From Octopus bimaculoides (taxonomy: Eukaryota): a stretch of 64,000 nucleotides of DNA. The stretch spans positions 104,811,200 through 104,875,199 of the forward strand of contig NC_068987.1 of assembly GCF_001194135.2 (NCBI RefSeq), given 5' to 3'. The position numbers and the translations under genes were made by a program. Of this stretch, positions 38,433-52,238 are shown piece after piece (the first letter of the stretch is position 1; each line of letters opens with the position of its first letter). A model generated the notes under the pieces. The model had not been told where the DNA came from and ran no database searches. It saw only the letters and a program-made list of their open reading frames with translations.

Positions 38433-38814
38433 GGAGGCGCAATGACCCAGTGGTTAGGGCAGCGGACTCGCGGTCATAGGATCGCAGTTTCGATTCTCAG
38501 ACCGGGCGTTGTGAGTGTTTATTGAGCGAAAACACCTAAAGCTCCACAAGGCTCCGGCAGGGGATGGTGGCGAACCCTGCTGTACTCTTTCACCACAACT
38601 TTCTCTCACTCTTTCTTCCTGTTTCTGTTGTGCCTGTAATTCAAAGGGCCAGCCTTGTCACACTATGTCACGCTGAATATCCCTGAGAACTACGTTACGG
38701 GTACACATGTCTGTGGAGTGCTCAGCCACTTGCACGTTAATTTCACGAGCAGGCTGTTCCGTTGATCGGATCAACTGGAACCCTCGACGTCGTAAGCGAC
38801 GGAGTGCCAACAAC
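38433..38814 (+). mobile_element. SINE family C, full-length tRNA-derived
   Basis: A box TGACCCAGTGG and B box GTTTCGATTC in a tRNA-like head, followed by about 300 bp of unique body ending GGAGTGCCAAC(AAC). Related heads at about 41690-41830(+) and 35020-35165(-). Confidence 0.8.
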
Positions 38815-41607
38815 AGCATTACCTCCCATGAAGAGTGTACACAGAGGGGACAATACAAACAAGCATTGGGGTCAAACATTTTTTATTGTGTCTGCTAGTT
38901 GTAAATGATTTCTTATCAAATATTAAATCGATTCAACCTACTTTCGCAAATTGCTTAAAATAAACATAGGCTTGTAATTGGATAACCGGCTTTTCGTAGC
39001 GAGCGATTGCAGAATGCAAGTTATTTAAATAGTCATATTTTTTATTTACAGAACCCAAAACTAAAATATCAAACAATACAAAATATTATCCGAAATATTT
39101 TTTACATAATGTTTTATAAGTTGCATAATGTTCAGTGTTATGCGTTCTCATATATCATTTGTTTGCCTTTGTCGAGTTTAATGTCAGAAGAGACCTTCCA
39201 CTGTCGACTGTGTTTCTTTCATCAAAAGTTAACGAAATGATGTTTTATTCGACTCAGTGAAAACCCCACGGCCATCGCAGCAAAGAGGAATCCACAAAGA
39301 AAAAGGAGCAGGAGGAGTGTTGAATTTGCCTTGGCGTGATTTGAACTCTGAGAGCTGGAACAACTGTCACACAGCAGTTCTCTGCCTGTTATGCTTGGTT
39401 ATAATGAATTTGTACTACATATCTGCCCCTCCCCTTCTTTAATGTATGCTCAATGAATCAACAGTGTTGATGACTGGTACAAGGCAGTTATGGAGAGAAG
39501 ACGTGAGTCGAAGAGAGAGTGGTCGCTCGACTTGCTCGAAATAGTGGCTAAACCTTCTTCAAATCCCACTCTACTGTCTTAAATAAAGACAGATACGATG
39601 AATTATGTAATCCTTGGTCGACAAAAGACATGACATGCACATTTTGAGACGCCTTTGCTCGTAGGTCTGCTGGATCAGGATTAACCAAGGGCTAAACAAC
39701 AACAACAAATAGAGGACCCTATTTATAGTATTCAACAGTGTGTGGAAGCCCTCCGGAAGAACCATTTCTGTTTTGAGAAAATAGACTTAATCCGATACCT
39801 TGTTTAACACTACCATTTGTTCCTCGGGTACCATTAGGAAAGTACTTTTGACTGTAAGAAACTTTCAGGCTAGATTTGCGGGTAACTTGCTCCCTTCCTT
39901 GCACCAATCTTAGAGGCCTTAAAACGGGTCATATGCGATGCACTTCCCCCTCTTCTTTTATCTTCTTTTACTTGTTTCAGTCATTAGACTGCGGCCACGC
40001 TGGGGCACTACCTTGAAGAATCTTTACTCGAATGAATCGACCCCAGTATATATTATTTAAGCCAGGTACTTATTCCAGTGGTTCTTTTGCCGAACTGCAA
40101 AGTTACGGTGGTGGGACACACGCACCCACACGTTTATACAGGGTTGACCAAAAGTCACCCGACAGTAAATCAAAATTCCATATCTACTATCTGTAATTCT
40201 GTATTGACTCGAATGGGAAAATGTGTCACTCAAGAAGGGCTTCAGTTGGAACAATTTTTATGATGTTTTTAAAGATGTTTTTATTAAATTCATTCAGAAG
40301 TTAAACACATATAAATCTTGGAATTAAATGGCTTTGTTTTACTGTCAGGTGACTTTTGGTCAAGACGGGCTTCTTTCAGTTTCCGTCTACCAAATCCACT
40401 CTCAAAGCTTTGGCTGGCCCGAGGCTATAGTAGAAAACACTTACCAAAGGTGCCACGCAATGGGACTGAACCTAGAACCATGTGGTCAGAAAGCAAGCTC
40501 CTTACCACACAATGCTCTTTGAGGCAAAGTCTATATTATTCTCAGTCTAAATTTCGTCAGTATGATTCAGTCATGGGAGACATAGTTGTCTTAGTTATAG
40601 TTAGCCATGACGTGACCTGCTGTCAGCTGAAATCCGTTCAGTTAACAGTATTCTATCAAACGATGAAAGGTTAAATATAAACAATTGCGAATCTTTTCAA
40701 TCAAAATTGTATGTCGTCATCGTATTTCACTCGGTCTCAGAGCACGCAGCATATTGGGAAACTATTTATTGCTTAATATTTTTAGAGCGGTTGATACCTT
40801 GTGAGTGAATTTGGTTTACTGAAACAGTGAAGAAGCCTGTCGCATATATATATATATATATANNNNNNNNNNNNNNNNNNNNNNNNNNNNNNNNNNNNNN
40901 NNNNNNNNNNNNNNNNNNNNNNNNNNNNNNNNNNNNNNNNNNNNNNNNNNNNNNNNNNNNNNNNNNNNNNNNNNNNNNNNNNNNNNNNNNNNNNNNNNNN
41001 NNNNNNNNNNNNNNNNNNNNNNNNNNNNNNNNNNNNNNNNNNNNNNNNNNNNNNNNNNNNNNNNNNNNNNNNNNNNNNNNNNNNNNNNNNNNNNNNNNNN
41101 NNNNNNNNNNNNNNNNNNNNNNNNNNNNNNNNNNNNNNNNNNNNNNNNNNNNNNNNNNNNNNNNNNNNNNNNNNNNNNNNNNNNNNNNNNNNNNNNNNNN
41201 NNNNNNNNNNNNNNNNNNNNNNNNNNNNNNNNNNNNNNNNNNNNNNNNNNNNNNNNNNNNNNNNNNNNNNNNNNNNNNNNNNNNNNNNNNNNNNNNNNNN
41301 NNNNNNNNNNNNNNNNNNNNNNNNNNNNNNNNNNNNNNNNNNNNNNNNNNNNNNNNNNNNNNNNNNNNNNNNNNNNNNNNNNNNNNNNNNNNNNNNNNNN
41401 NNNNNNNNNNNNNNNNNNNNNNNNNNNNNNNNNNNNNNNNNNNNNNNNNNNNNNNNNNNNNNNNNNNNNNNNNNNNNNNNNNNNNNNNNNNNNNNNNNNN
41501 NNNNNNNNNNNNNNNNNNNNNNNNNNNNNNNNNNNNNNNNNNNNNNNNNNNNNNNNNNNNNNNNNNNNNNNNNNNNNNNNNNNNNNNNNNNNNNNNNNNN
41601 NNNNNNN

Positions 41608-41669
<62 letters not shown>

Positions 41670-43254
41670 TGCGTGTGTTCGTGCTTGAGGACGCATGGCC
41701 TAGTGGTTAGAGTGTTGCACTCGCGATCTAGCGATCGTGATTTCAATTCCAAAACCGAGTGGTACATTGTGTTTTTGAGCAAAACACTTCATCTCGCGTC
41801 GCTCTAAGATCACTTCGACACCTGACGCGTGGCACAAACGTTGATTTAATGGAGGAAGTGAGCACAAGGCCCGAAATTTTGGGGGAGGGGGAGCCAGAAT
41901 CGTTAACGCTGTAATCGACTATCCCCCTCGCCCAAATTTCAAACCTTATACCTATAACAAAGGATTATTAAGCTGGCAGAATCGTTTGCACACCGGGAAA
42001 ATGCTTAGCAGTATTTCGTCTGTCTTTACGTTCTGAGTTCAAATTCCGCCGAGGTCGACTTTGCCTTTCATCCTTTCGGGGTCGATTAAATAAGTATCAG
42101 TTGAGTACTGGAGTCGTTGTATCCGTCTAACCCCTTCCCAAGAAATTTCTGGCTTTGTGCTTACAGCAAGAGGAAATAATAAGATAGCAAGCTGGCTGAA
42201 CCGATAGCGCGTCGGACAAAATGCTAAAGACATTTTTTTCCGGCTCTTTACTTGCTGAGCTCAATTCTCACAAAGATCAACCTTACTTTTCGTCCTTTCG
42301 AGGTCGATAAACTAAAGTACCAGTCAAGTACCTGGGTCGATGCAATCGACACACCCACTCTTGCTGGCCTTGTGCCAAAATTTGAAACCTTTGTTATTGT
42401 TCCTAAAAGACTAAAACTCAAAATTAAAGAATAGAATCGTTCAATAGAATCGTATTACTTTTTCTTATAACCCATTCAATGGGTTCGCTCCCCGCTGCTA
42501 GCGATGTATTGTACATGAAGGGTGCAGTGCTTACACTGAAAACCAGCTGGTGGAGAATCCGCCTGGGGTTAAACTAGTAGTAACGTTGATCTGCCACTTT
42601 GATGTGGCTACTCGCTTTACCAATTAAGAAAATGTTTTATAGAAATTTAAATAACATTGTAACGTATATTCTGTGATTTTTCACACCTTTACATAACAAC
42701 GAGAATGAAAGCTCATTTGATCATAGAGTTTTTGCAGTAACGTGTGGGGAAAAGAAGGGCCGGTCTGCTCCGGGCAACGCTTTTATGGTGGTGGTATTTT
42801 GGGGTTTGCTGTATGAGGGAGTATAGGGCTCGAGATGGGTGGAAAGAAGCAAACTTAGGGATTATTCCGGAGGTGGGGCACGTACTAGCTACGCCACTAA
42901 GTATCTGAAATTATTTAAACCTTAACAAAACCTGGAATTTTTAATTAAGATTGAGGAAGGGATCATTGATATGTTTGAGTGTGTCTTTGTGTCTATGTTT
43001 GAACCCACCACCGTTTGACAACCGGTGTTGGTTTTTTTACGTTCCTATAACCTAAACAGCTCGGCGAAAGAGACCGATAGCATTTGGCTTAAAATAAGAG
43101 CTTGGGGTCAATTTCTTCAACTAACCCGTCAAGGTGGCGCCTCACTGCCTGGCCCTCCTCTTTGGTGCTTTAAGTACGGGTTTGTTTTGTCTCATGGTTG
43201 GTTAGTCTGACCCTGCTTGACCTGTATAGCAGCTTCACCCGCTCGTTTGCTAAC

Positions 43255-43450
43255 CATTGTTGTTGTAGTTGCTGCTGTTGATGATGACGATGTTTTTGTT
43301 GTTGTTGTTGATGATGTTAATGATGTTGATGTTGTTGATGAGGATGTTGATGATGATGATGATGGTATTGATGATGATGATGACGACGACGATGACGACA
43401 TTGATGTTGATATTGTTTTTGGTGATGATGTGGTTGCTGACAGTGATGTT
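43255..43450. repeat. Compound (GTT/GAT/GAC)n trinucleotide tract
   Basis: Directly visible; source of the poly-D, poly-S/T and poly-M ORFs. Confidence 0.9.
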
Positions 43451-43765
43451 TAACCCCAGGCCGGCTCTGATTGAGCAAACTTTATAGTCAAAGACATTCC
43501 AGCCGTGACCAGTTCATTTTCCCTACTTACAGAGAACCCTTGGCCACACAGTCCAACTTGTCCTCTTCTAAGGTGACAAAATGTGATTTGGGTGCTCCTT
43601 CTAGCGAACTACGCATCCACGTAGAGGTTCCTTCATTGGCATAAAGTAATTAATTACAAGACTAAGATTTCGATATGAAATTGTAAATTTGGGTTATGTA
43701 GTGATGAAAGTAAAATCAGCTGATTCTGTTTAGAATAATCACCTATAATAATAAAGGCGCACGTG

Positions 43766-43801
<36 letters not shown>

Positions 43802-44190
43802 AAAAAAGGTATAGCTACCTAGCTCTGAGTGTGTGTGTATGTGTGTGTGTACGTGCGTGCACGGGACTACACTTTTATGTGCATAGTCAAAGTAGATGCA
43901 CATATGACCTATATACCTTATATATTGTATTTATGCATAAACGCATATAAGTCAAGTGTGTGTGTGTGTGTGTGTGTGTTAGTGTTAGCGGCGTAACGAG
44001 TGAGCTTGCCGGGCCCTGCCGAGCCTATACAGACTTATACAGCAGATCCAAAAGTACCGCCCCCACAAAAGCGTTCCCCGGGGCGAGTCGCCCCCTGCCT
44101 TCGTCTCCTTCTAAATTCTCTCATGCTACTGATAAATAAATAAATAAATAAATAAATAAATATATGTGTGTGTGTGTGGATGGATGTATG

Positions 44191-44244
<54 letters not shown>

Positions 44245-44545
44245 TGTGTGTGTATTTTTCTGTATGTGCGCATAGATATGTGTATGTGTGTGTGTAAGCG
44301 TGTGAGTGATGCGCACATTTGAATAGATGAGGGGAAAACATCTGGTTAAGTAACATTAAGACAACATTATAAAACTGAATAGATCCAAGTCAAAGTAATA
44401 ATTAGTTTAGAGAAAGGCTAAATCAAACGAGATAACATTTACAATATTAATGAGGGTATGCATGTATGTATGTATGTCTATATATATATGCATGTATATA
44501 TCTCTATATATATATGCAGGTATGTATATATATTTGTGTGTGTGC

Positions 44546-44604
<59 letters not shown>

Positions 44605-47600
44605 NNNNNNNNNNNNNNNNNNNNNNNNNNNNNNNNNNNNNNNNNNNNNNNNNNNNNNNNNNNNNNNNNNNNNNNNNNNNNNNNNNNNNNNNNNNNNNNN
44701 NNNNNNNNNNNNNNNNNNNNNNNNNNNNNNNNNNNNNNNNNNNNNNNNNNNNNNNNNNNNNNNNNNNNNNNNNNNNNNNNNNNNNNNNNNNNNNNNNNNN
44801 NNNNNNNNNNNNNNNNNNNNNNNNNNNNNNNNNNNNNNNNNNNNNNNNNNNNNNNNNNNNNNNNNNNNNNNNNNNNNNNNNNNNNNNNNNNNNNNNNNNN
44901 NNNNNNNNNNNNNNNNNNNNNNNNNNNNNNNNNNNNNNNNNNNNNNNNNNNNNNNNNNNNNNNNNNNNNNNNNNNNNNNNNNNNNNNNNNNNNNNNNNNN
45001 NNNNNNNNNNNNNNNNNNNNNNNNNNNNNNNNNNNNNNNNNNNNNNNNNNNNNNNNNNNNNNNNNNNNNNNNNNNNNNNNNNNNNNNNNNNNNNNNNNNN
45101 NNNNNNNNNNNNNNNNNNNNNNNNNNNNNNNNNNNNNNNNNNNNNNNNNNNNNNNNNNNNNNNNNNNNNNNNNNNNNNNNNNNNNNNNNNNNNNNNNNNN
45201 NNNNNNNNNNNNNNNNNNNNNNNNNNNNNNNNNNNNNNNNNNNNNNNNNNNNNNNNNNNNNNNNNNNNNNNNNNNNNNNNNNNNNNNNNNNNNNNNNNNN
45301 NNNNNNNNNNNNNNNNNNNNNNNNNNNNNNNNNNNNNNNNNNNNNNNNNNNNNNNNNNNNNNNNNNNNNNNNNNNNNNNNNNNNNNNNNNNNNNNNNNNN
45401 NNNNNNNNNNNNNNNNNNNNNNNNNNNNNNNNNNNNNNNNNNNNNNNNNNNNNNNNNNNNNNNNNNNNNNNNNNNNNNNNNNNNNNNNNNNNNNNNNNNN
45501 NNNNNNNNNNNNNNNNNNNNNNNNNNNNNNNNNNNNNNNNNNNNNNNNNNNNNNNNNNNNNNNNNNNNTAATGATAATGTGTGTATGTATATATAAACGC
45601 ATACATGCATACGTACATAGCCGGAGGCTTTTCTGTTTGCATTTTATTGTTTTAGTACTAAGCATATATAATTATTCCTCTAACTCCTTGTACAGCCGTA
45701 AGGCGTTTTCTATTGTACAGGTACCGTTACTTGTCTGTTACATCTTGCCATTATTTCTTATTGTATACGCAATGCTATTTTCTCTTGTCCTCGTACACAT
45801 TCGTCAACTTTTTCCTGTAGCTTTATGCTCTGGCGCTCCCGTTGTTAACAGTGGTCTTGGTGTAAAATAGCGTGAAACCCACTAAGGCGTCACGGAAACC
45901 AACTGATAAGAAAATCAGCTGCGAATGCTCCTTGTATCGTGCTTTTGTCTCCCTTTTCTGTCCGTTATGTTTTCGTCCAGTTTTCGTCCATTTTTCTTTC
46001 TCTGTTTAACGTTTGAAATATATGTGTGTGTGTGTGTAAAGCATTTCACAATGAAATGATAAAGCAATCGCCTGAGTATCTCTACATAGTATTCTTTGAA
46101 GAATAATGAGTCAGACAATATAGTGAGTTTGAATGACAAGAAAAATTGTCACAAATCGTTAAGATTGATTTTACATTTTGGCAGATGTATGAGTGTGTCG
46201 TCCAAAATGCCTACAGTATCTTACTCTATATTGTTCTGTTCTGAGTTCAAATTCCACCGAATCAGCTTTAGATTCTTGTTCATTTAGTGATGGAGANNNN
46301 NNNNNNNNNNNNNNNNNNNNNNNNNNNNNNNNNNNNNNNNNNNNNNNNNNNNNNNNNNNNNNNNNNNNNNNNNNNNNNNNNNNNNNNNNNNNNNNNNNNN
46401 NNNNNNNNNNNNNNNNNNNNNNNNNNNNNNNNNNNNNNNNNNNNNNNNNNNNNNNNNNNNNNNNNNNNNNNNNNNNNNNNNNNNNNNNNNNNNNNNNNNN
46501 NNNNNNNNNNNNNNNNNNNNNNNNNNNNNNNNNNNNNNNNNNNNNNNNNNNNNNNNNNNNNNNNNNNNNNNNNNNNNNNNNNNNNNNNNNNNNNNNNNNN
46601 NNNNNNNNNNNNNNNNNNNNNNNNNNNNNNNNNNNNNNNNNNNNNNNNNNNNNNNNNNNNNNNNNNNNNNNNNNNNNNNNNNNNNNNNNNNNNNNNNNNN
46701 NNNNNNNNNNNNNNNNNNNNNNNNNNNNNNNNNNNNNNNNNNNNNNNNNNNNNNNNNNNNNNNNNNNNNNNNNNNNNNNNNNNNNNNNNNNNNNNNNNNN
46801 NNNNNNNNNNNNNNNNNNNNNNNNNNNNNNNNNNNNNNNNNNNNNNNNNNNNNNNNNNNNNNNNNNNNNNNNNNNNNNNNNNNNNNNNNNNNNNNNNNNN
46901 NNNNNNNNNNNNNNNNNNNNNNNNNNNNNNNNNNNNNNNNNNNNNNNNNNGGGGGGGGGGTACTATATCTATATGTATGTATGTATGTATAGTTATATAT
47001 ATATATTCACATCCATGATGGAGACGAGTACCAACGTTCCATGTGGCAGCCTTAATGATTGCTGAGAATTCTCGGCATGAAACCAATAGTAGCCTTGTTA
47101 ACCAACAAATAAAGAATATTTATCCACCAATACGGTGTTGAGCACTCATATAATATATGAATATATATATATTCATTGGAGCACATTTCAATCCATTTCA
47201 AAATCACTTTGGTTAAGTCAAAAAAAGATGATGGACCATACCCATGAAGAAATCTCAGGTGGTGATTGATTGTATTAATGGATATTACCTTATTTTCTGT
47301 TATGAAATGCTGCTGAAGATCTAAAGCCTTTTTTGCATTATAGTTTCAAACATATTCAGTTGTTAATTGTCTTTGTTAATGGATAATTCCTAAACAATTT
47401 AGACTTTACATGACTTTTCATGTGTAATTTCTGTCTGCTCCATACTGACTCATCTACTGTATTTGATGGCACATAAGACGCACTTTCTTTGTTTTTGCTT
47501 TGTCTCTAAATATATTACCCTGGGTTCTACGTGCGAAATTCGGCCTATATTACATGGTATAACGCACTAAAAACGTTTTTCCTGAATACGCGCTGCTGAA

Positions 47601-47738
47601 ATCGGGGTGTGTCTAATACGCTTGTGTATCTTTTATGCCACCGAATACTGTAAAATATGGAGAAATAGTTATTAAGTGATGATGCAGAAATTCAGTCAAG
47701 TATACTGTGTCGAATGTTTTGGAAATACATAATTGCCA

Positions 47739-47908
47739 CTAAGAGCCACAAATCAAAGAACTTTTTGATGAAATTCGATTGCACTTCTGAGACAAAATAA
47801 TTGTTGGTCGTAGGTCGGGGCACAAAAAGTGAACGAATTTATTGTGCAGGTCGTGGTTACGCTGAGGGACATCGCTTTTGTATGTTTTGGATGTTGTAGT
47901 GTCAGAAA
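47739..47908 (-). CDS. Candidate terminal exon
   Basis: Strong acceptor TATCTTCGTTTCTTTTGCAG|; phase-1 reading SDTTTSKTYKSDVPQRNHDLHNKFVHFLCPDLRPTIILSQKCNRISSKSSLICGS*. Phase is compatible with the Sushi exon; no homology recognised. Confidence 0.22.
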
Positions 47909-48644
47909 CTGCAAAAGAAACGAAGATACTTTTAGAGTATATTTTTAATTTGAAGAAGAGCATAGCGGAAGGTGGGGTTAGTTGAAACACATATCATAAA
48001 AACACTTTTCGATCTATGGTTATATTAATAAATCTGCTATATCATTTGTTTCATTGATATAATGTATCTGATGTCATATTAGTCGCACTTTTTTCTCTAT
48101 AAAAGTTTCAAATTATCGTCCTGGGTCTTATATGCGAAGTTGGTGTTATATTAATGCTTTAATGCACTAAAAATACGATAAATATGTAGGGCAAAGACAG
48201 CAAATAGGTTCAACGGAGGCTCGGAAAGATTTCTGAAAACCAATTTGTGACCTAACTGTGAATGTTTCCAACAGCGAGAAAAGTTGGAATATATTCTGGA
48301 ATGTGTTGAAACACACCAGTAATTATAGGATATTTCAAAAATTATGTTGGTATCATTTCCAGTTTCAATTCCAATTTATGTATTTTATCAGGTAACTTCA
48401 ACTTCAGCGGGACCCCACGAGCAAGATGATTGGATAACATCGCTTAGGGATCCAGCCAGAGCAACTGGAGAATGCTGCTTCTCATAAGACCCGATGAAAG
48501 ACGTACTTTCAGACTCTTCCCCCATGACCCCCACCATCGCCCGGAATAAGTGGGCAAAGAAGATGGGGGTGAGATGAATTTCAACTAGGCATGATTGTCG
48601 ATTTGGTTTGTCGCTTATAAATAAGGTTTATTGGTTTACATGTA

Positions 48645-48853
48645 CGAGGGGTGCAGAAAAGTTCCTGGCTTTGGGTAAAAGAAAATACAGAAGGATCAGT
48701 TAATTATGGTTTTATTCAACATTCTCAGATTCACACAGATATTACAGTGGTCCTTCAGTTTTTCTAAGCCCTGTAAAAGAACTTGGAAGGTTGGGCCTCC
48801 AACCAGGCCTTTCGAAATACCCTTAAAGCCAGGAACTTTTCAGCACACCCTCG
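48645..48853. mobile_element. Mariner-derived MITE
   Basis: TIRs CGAGGGGTGCAGAAAAGTTCCTGGCTTT / AAAGCCAGGAACTTTTCAGCACACCCTCG, flanked by TA at 48643-44 and 48854-55. Confidence 0.85.
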
Positions 48854-50169
48854 TAATAGTGAGTTGATGGTGGGGCATGGCGGGGTTGTCTACTCAGGGC
48901 GATGCTTTTATGGAGGTGACGCTTTTGGCTCTGCTCTATAAGCCTGTGCAGAGGGCGAGAGCAGAAAACCCAAGGGCTGTCACGAGCGGCACACATTGTG
49001 GCTACACCACTGTCTACATATTATTGTATATTGTTTGATTTGCCAACCGATAAATCAATATAAAACACAAGTTTGCGTTGAAAACTGTTCGCTTACTGTT
49101 GTACGGAGAAGGTAGATTAAAAATAATGTACTCATGCTCTAGTGTGCATATTTCAACATGATGTGGCATTGTAGATTTTTGCTCGGAGCACGTTTGAAGA
49201 TTCTGTTTGTTACTTCGTCATTTTCGTTCATTTCATTAACCTGGGCAACATAATAGTGTGCATCTTTCTTTCTTGCAAAATGCACCCATCATTGCCTTCC
49301 CCGCTCCTGCATTTAAATGGTTTCCATTATCCTGTTCTCATGTTTCTAAAGAAAATAATGCAACTAATGTTTTGCCTGCGCTTTCATTCTCTACCCAAAA
49401 CTGTTGTGTTTTCAGGCAACACGCATGTTCAAATGCTAAACTTCTGACCTCTTTTTGGGTTTAAGCGCTACTACGTAAGACGATGTACCTGGCGTAGCTA
49501 GAATGTGTGCCACCCGAAGCAGCCCTTAAGTTTTCCACCCCACCCCTCTAAGCTTATACATGCTTTTACAGCAGACCGAAAACTGCATTGCCCAGGTCGG
49601 ACTGCCCCTCACCTCACTAACTACGCTATAGCCTGCGATAGTGGAGTTGGTTAAATCAGTTCTAACTAAGCCCTCTCAGGGTATTCCAACTAACCGCATT
49701 GCTGTAATGACCTCAACATACACGACACAGATTGAAGCAAGCAAAATAATTTCCCGTCTAATTCCAATTATTTTCAGTAATCAATCAACACAAGAGTTCA
49801 TCCCTGTCTGCAATATTTACTATACAAATATTATATTTCTAATAAACAAAAATTTTACTTTAACATGTTAGAAATACGAAAAGCCTTTTTTTACACATGA
49901 AAAGCTTCTGCATCAATTTGATACCAATTTCGTTGAAAAGTAGTTTGAGGTTAACAGCACAAGCCTCACCAGGATTTTTAATTTCTGCTAAAAATAAGAA
50001 GCGTTTTAACTTATGGGTGTAGGTGTTGTATCATAGAAATAGTTCACCCATCCCAGCCCATGTTAAATTATATGCTCTCATATGGTTCCCACACAAGGGA
50101 TTCATGAGCACAAAGGCCTCCTAAGCCCCAGGGTTGCAACACCCGTAACATCTACCTTAAGAAAAGCAC

Positions 50170-50233
50170 TACGTGCGGCCATGAGTGTGTGTATGTGTGT
50201 GAGAGAGAGAAAGAGAGAGAGAGAGGGAGAGAG

Positions 50234-50267
<34 letters not shown>

Positions 50268-50830
50268 CATGCATATACGCATATAGTTCAGCGTGCACGT
50301 GCATGCTTGTCTTTATGATTGTATACATACAGTTAAACGCGCGTGTACATCTGTTGTGTGTTCTAACATATGGACCTGTGCTAAAGAGTATACCTGTGTG
50401 TGTATGTATGCATGTATATGTGTATGCGTTTAAACGTGAGCGTTTGTGCATCAGTGCATGTCTTTACGCATGTATGTAATAATGTGCATTTGCATGCATG
50501 CGTATATGTGTTTAAGTGTGTGTGCACACAAGAACATATAGTTAAACATGCATGTGCATGTGCATTAGTCCATGTGTTTAGAAATTTGTGTATGTGCGAA
50601 TGTGCATGCATAGATTGCACGTGCCTGCGTGCAACCTGTGCATGCACGTAAATTCAGCCTGCCTGCACAAGTTGCGCGTCCATGCATTTGCGTGTACGTG
50701 TATGCATAGAACAATTTAAGCATGGGTGTATGAGAGTATGTGTGTGAGTGTTCATAGATGCATGTACTTATATGTGAGTGTATGTGTGTTTGAGCTGTGT
50801 GTGCGGATGAGCAAACACATATTTTTTCAT
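50170..50830. repeat. Degenerate alternating purine-pyrimidine tract (TG/CA/TA/CG mosaic) preceded by (GA)n
   Basis: About 600 bp of GTGT/GCAT/GCAC/ATAT motifs. Confidence 0.8.
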
Positions 50831-50856
50831 GCGTATGTGTTTGTGGAATTCTCTCT

Positions 50857-51087
50857 GTTTCTTCACTGCCCACAAGGGGCTACACACAGAGGGGACAAAC
50901 AAGGACAAACAAACGGATTAAATCGATTATATCGACCCCAGTGCGTAACTGGTATTTATTTAATCGACCCCGAGAGGATAAAAAGGAAAGGTCGACCTCG
51001 GCGGAATTTGAACTCAAAATGTAAAGACAGACGAAATACCGCTAAGCATTTAGCCCGGCGTACTAACGATTCTGCCAGCTCGCCGCC
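50857..51087 (-). mobile_element. SINE family B, near full-length
   Basis: tRNA-like head AGGCGGCGAGCTGGCAGAATCGTTAG...GAGTTCAAATTCCGCCGAGGTCGAC. Other copies at about 12335-12680(+), 18120-18345(+), 30705-30921(-), 32950-33100(-), 41965-42400(+, two), 55930-56365(+, two), 62535-62655(-). Confidence 0.85.
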
Positions 51088-51908
51088 TATTCTCTCCGAA
51101 TCTTCAAATCCCTATTTCATCAAAGATCTTTCATTATTCGCCACTAACTGAGCAATGGAGCCGGTTGTCAATCATTTTCTACCTAAGGATCTCCTTTGAT
51201 TCCAATATTAGTAGGGTGGACCCTCCTAGCCATTCGCTGTTTATAAAATCCTATTATATTTTTATAATCAAATACTCTCTCTTTTACTCTTTTACTTGTT
51301 TCAGTCATTTGACTGCAGCCAGGCTGAAGTACCGCTTTTAGTGTATATATATGTATATATATACGACGGGCTTCTTTCAGTTTCCGTCTACCAAATTCAA
51401 TCGCAAGGCTTTGGTAGGCCCGAGGCTATAGTAGAAGACACTTGCCGAAGGTGCCACGCAGTGGAACTGAACCCAGAACCATGTGGTTGGTAAGCAAGCT
51501 ACTTACCACACAGCCACTCCTGCGCCTGTAAAAAAATTTTAAATAGTTTGTGGTATTGTAGAAATATAAATCATTTATTGCACATAATTTTTAACAACAA
51601 AATTTTACATGGACCCTCACTAAGGACCATGTGGATCCCAGCTGACAACCACTGCTCTAAATCTTCGCTCTAGATACTTAGCAGCCAAATCACCTTACCA
51701 TTCACACCCTACAGTCTTAAATGAAGACGAATACGCTGGACAAATGCAGAATAATCACAGCTGGAATGCCATTGTTCGTAGGTTCGCTTCACCATGACTG
51801 ACCGGATGCTAAACAACAGTAACATAACTACTCACTGCTTGCTCTGTCTATCCACTGTCTATCAGTAGTAGAACAGCACACCTCTCACTTGGGGTTGTCC
51901 ACCACAAT

Positions 51909-52238
51909 ACAAAATTTCGTATTTTAGAAGTTATTTCGTGATAAAGTTGTCGTATTTAGGTAATTTTAACCAATCAACGACGTGTATTCAGCTGAAGAAA
52001 CCTACTGCTATTTGCGATAATAATCGAAGAGCAACAACTTCCAGGTCATTTGTACTAAATGTATTTTTCAACCACGTGTGGATTATTCGGAGTGGAGGTG
52101 ACCCGGAAGTTGTTGCTCTTCGATTACTATCGCAAACAGCAGTAGGTTTCTTCAGCTGAATACACGTCGTTGATTGGTTAAAATTACCTAAATACGACAA
52201 CATTATCACGAAATAACTTCTAAAATACGAAATTTTGT
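51909..52238. mobile_element. Foldback/MITE-like element with arms of about 140 bp
   Basis: 51909-52047 and about 52099-52238 are near-perfect reverse complements around a spacer of about 50 bp; this explains the twin ORFs 51938+ and 51988-. Confidence 0.8.

Noticed and set aside
38433-38510. Possible tRNA gene
   Set aside because: A and B boxes are present but the cloverleaf is imperfect and it continues into a 300-bp SINE body; the same holds for all SINE A and B heads.
43192-43487. Poly-Asp and Ser/Thr-rich ORFs resembling acidic biomineralisation proteins
   Set aside because: Compound trinucleotide microsatellite between repeat fragments.
40766-47086. Long ORFs of 243-470 aa in the provided track
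   Set aside because: They consist of X from N gaps plus microsatellite-derived YI/HT/CV runs; the same applies to ORFs at about 10831-13280, 18273-18788, 24653-25221 and 53367-54029.
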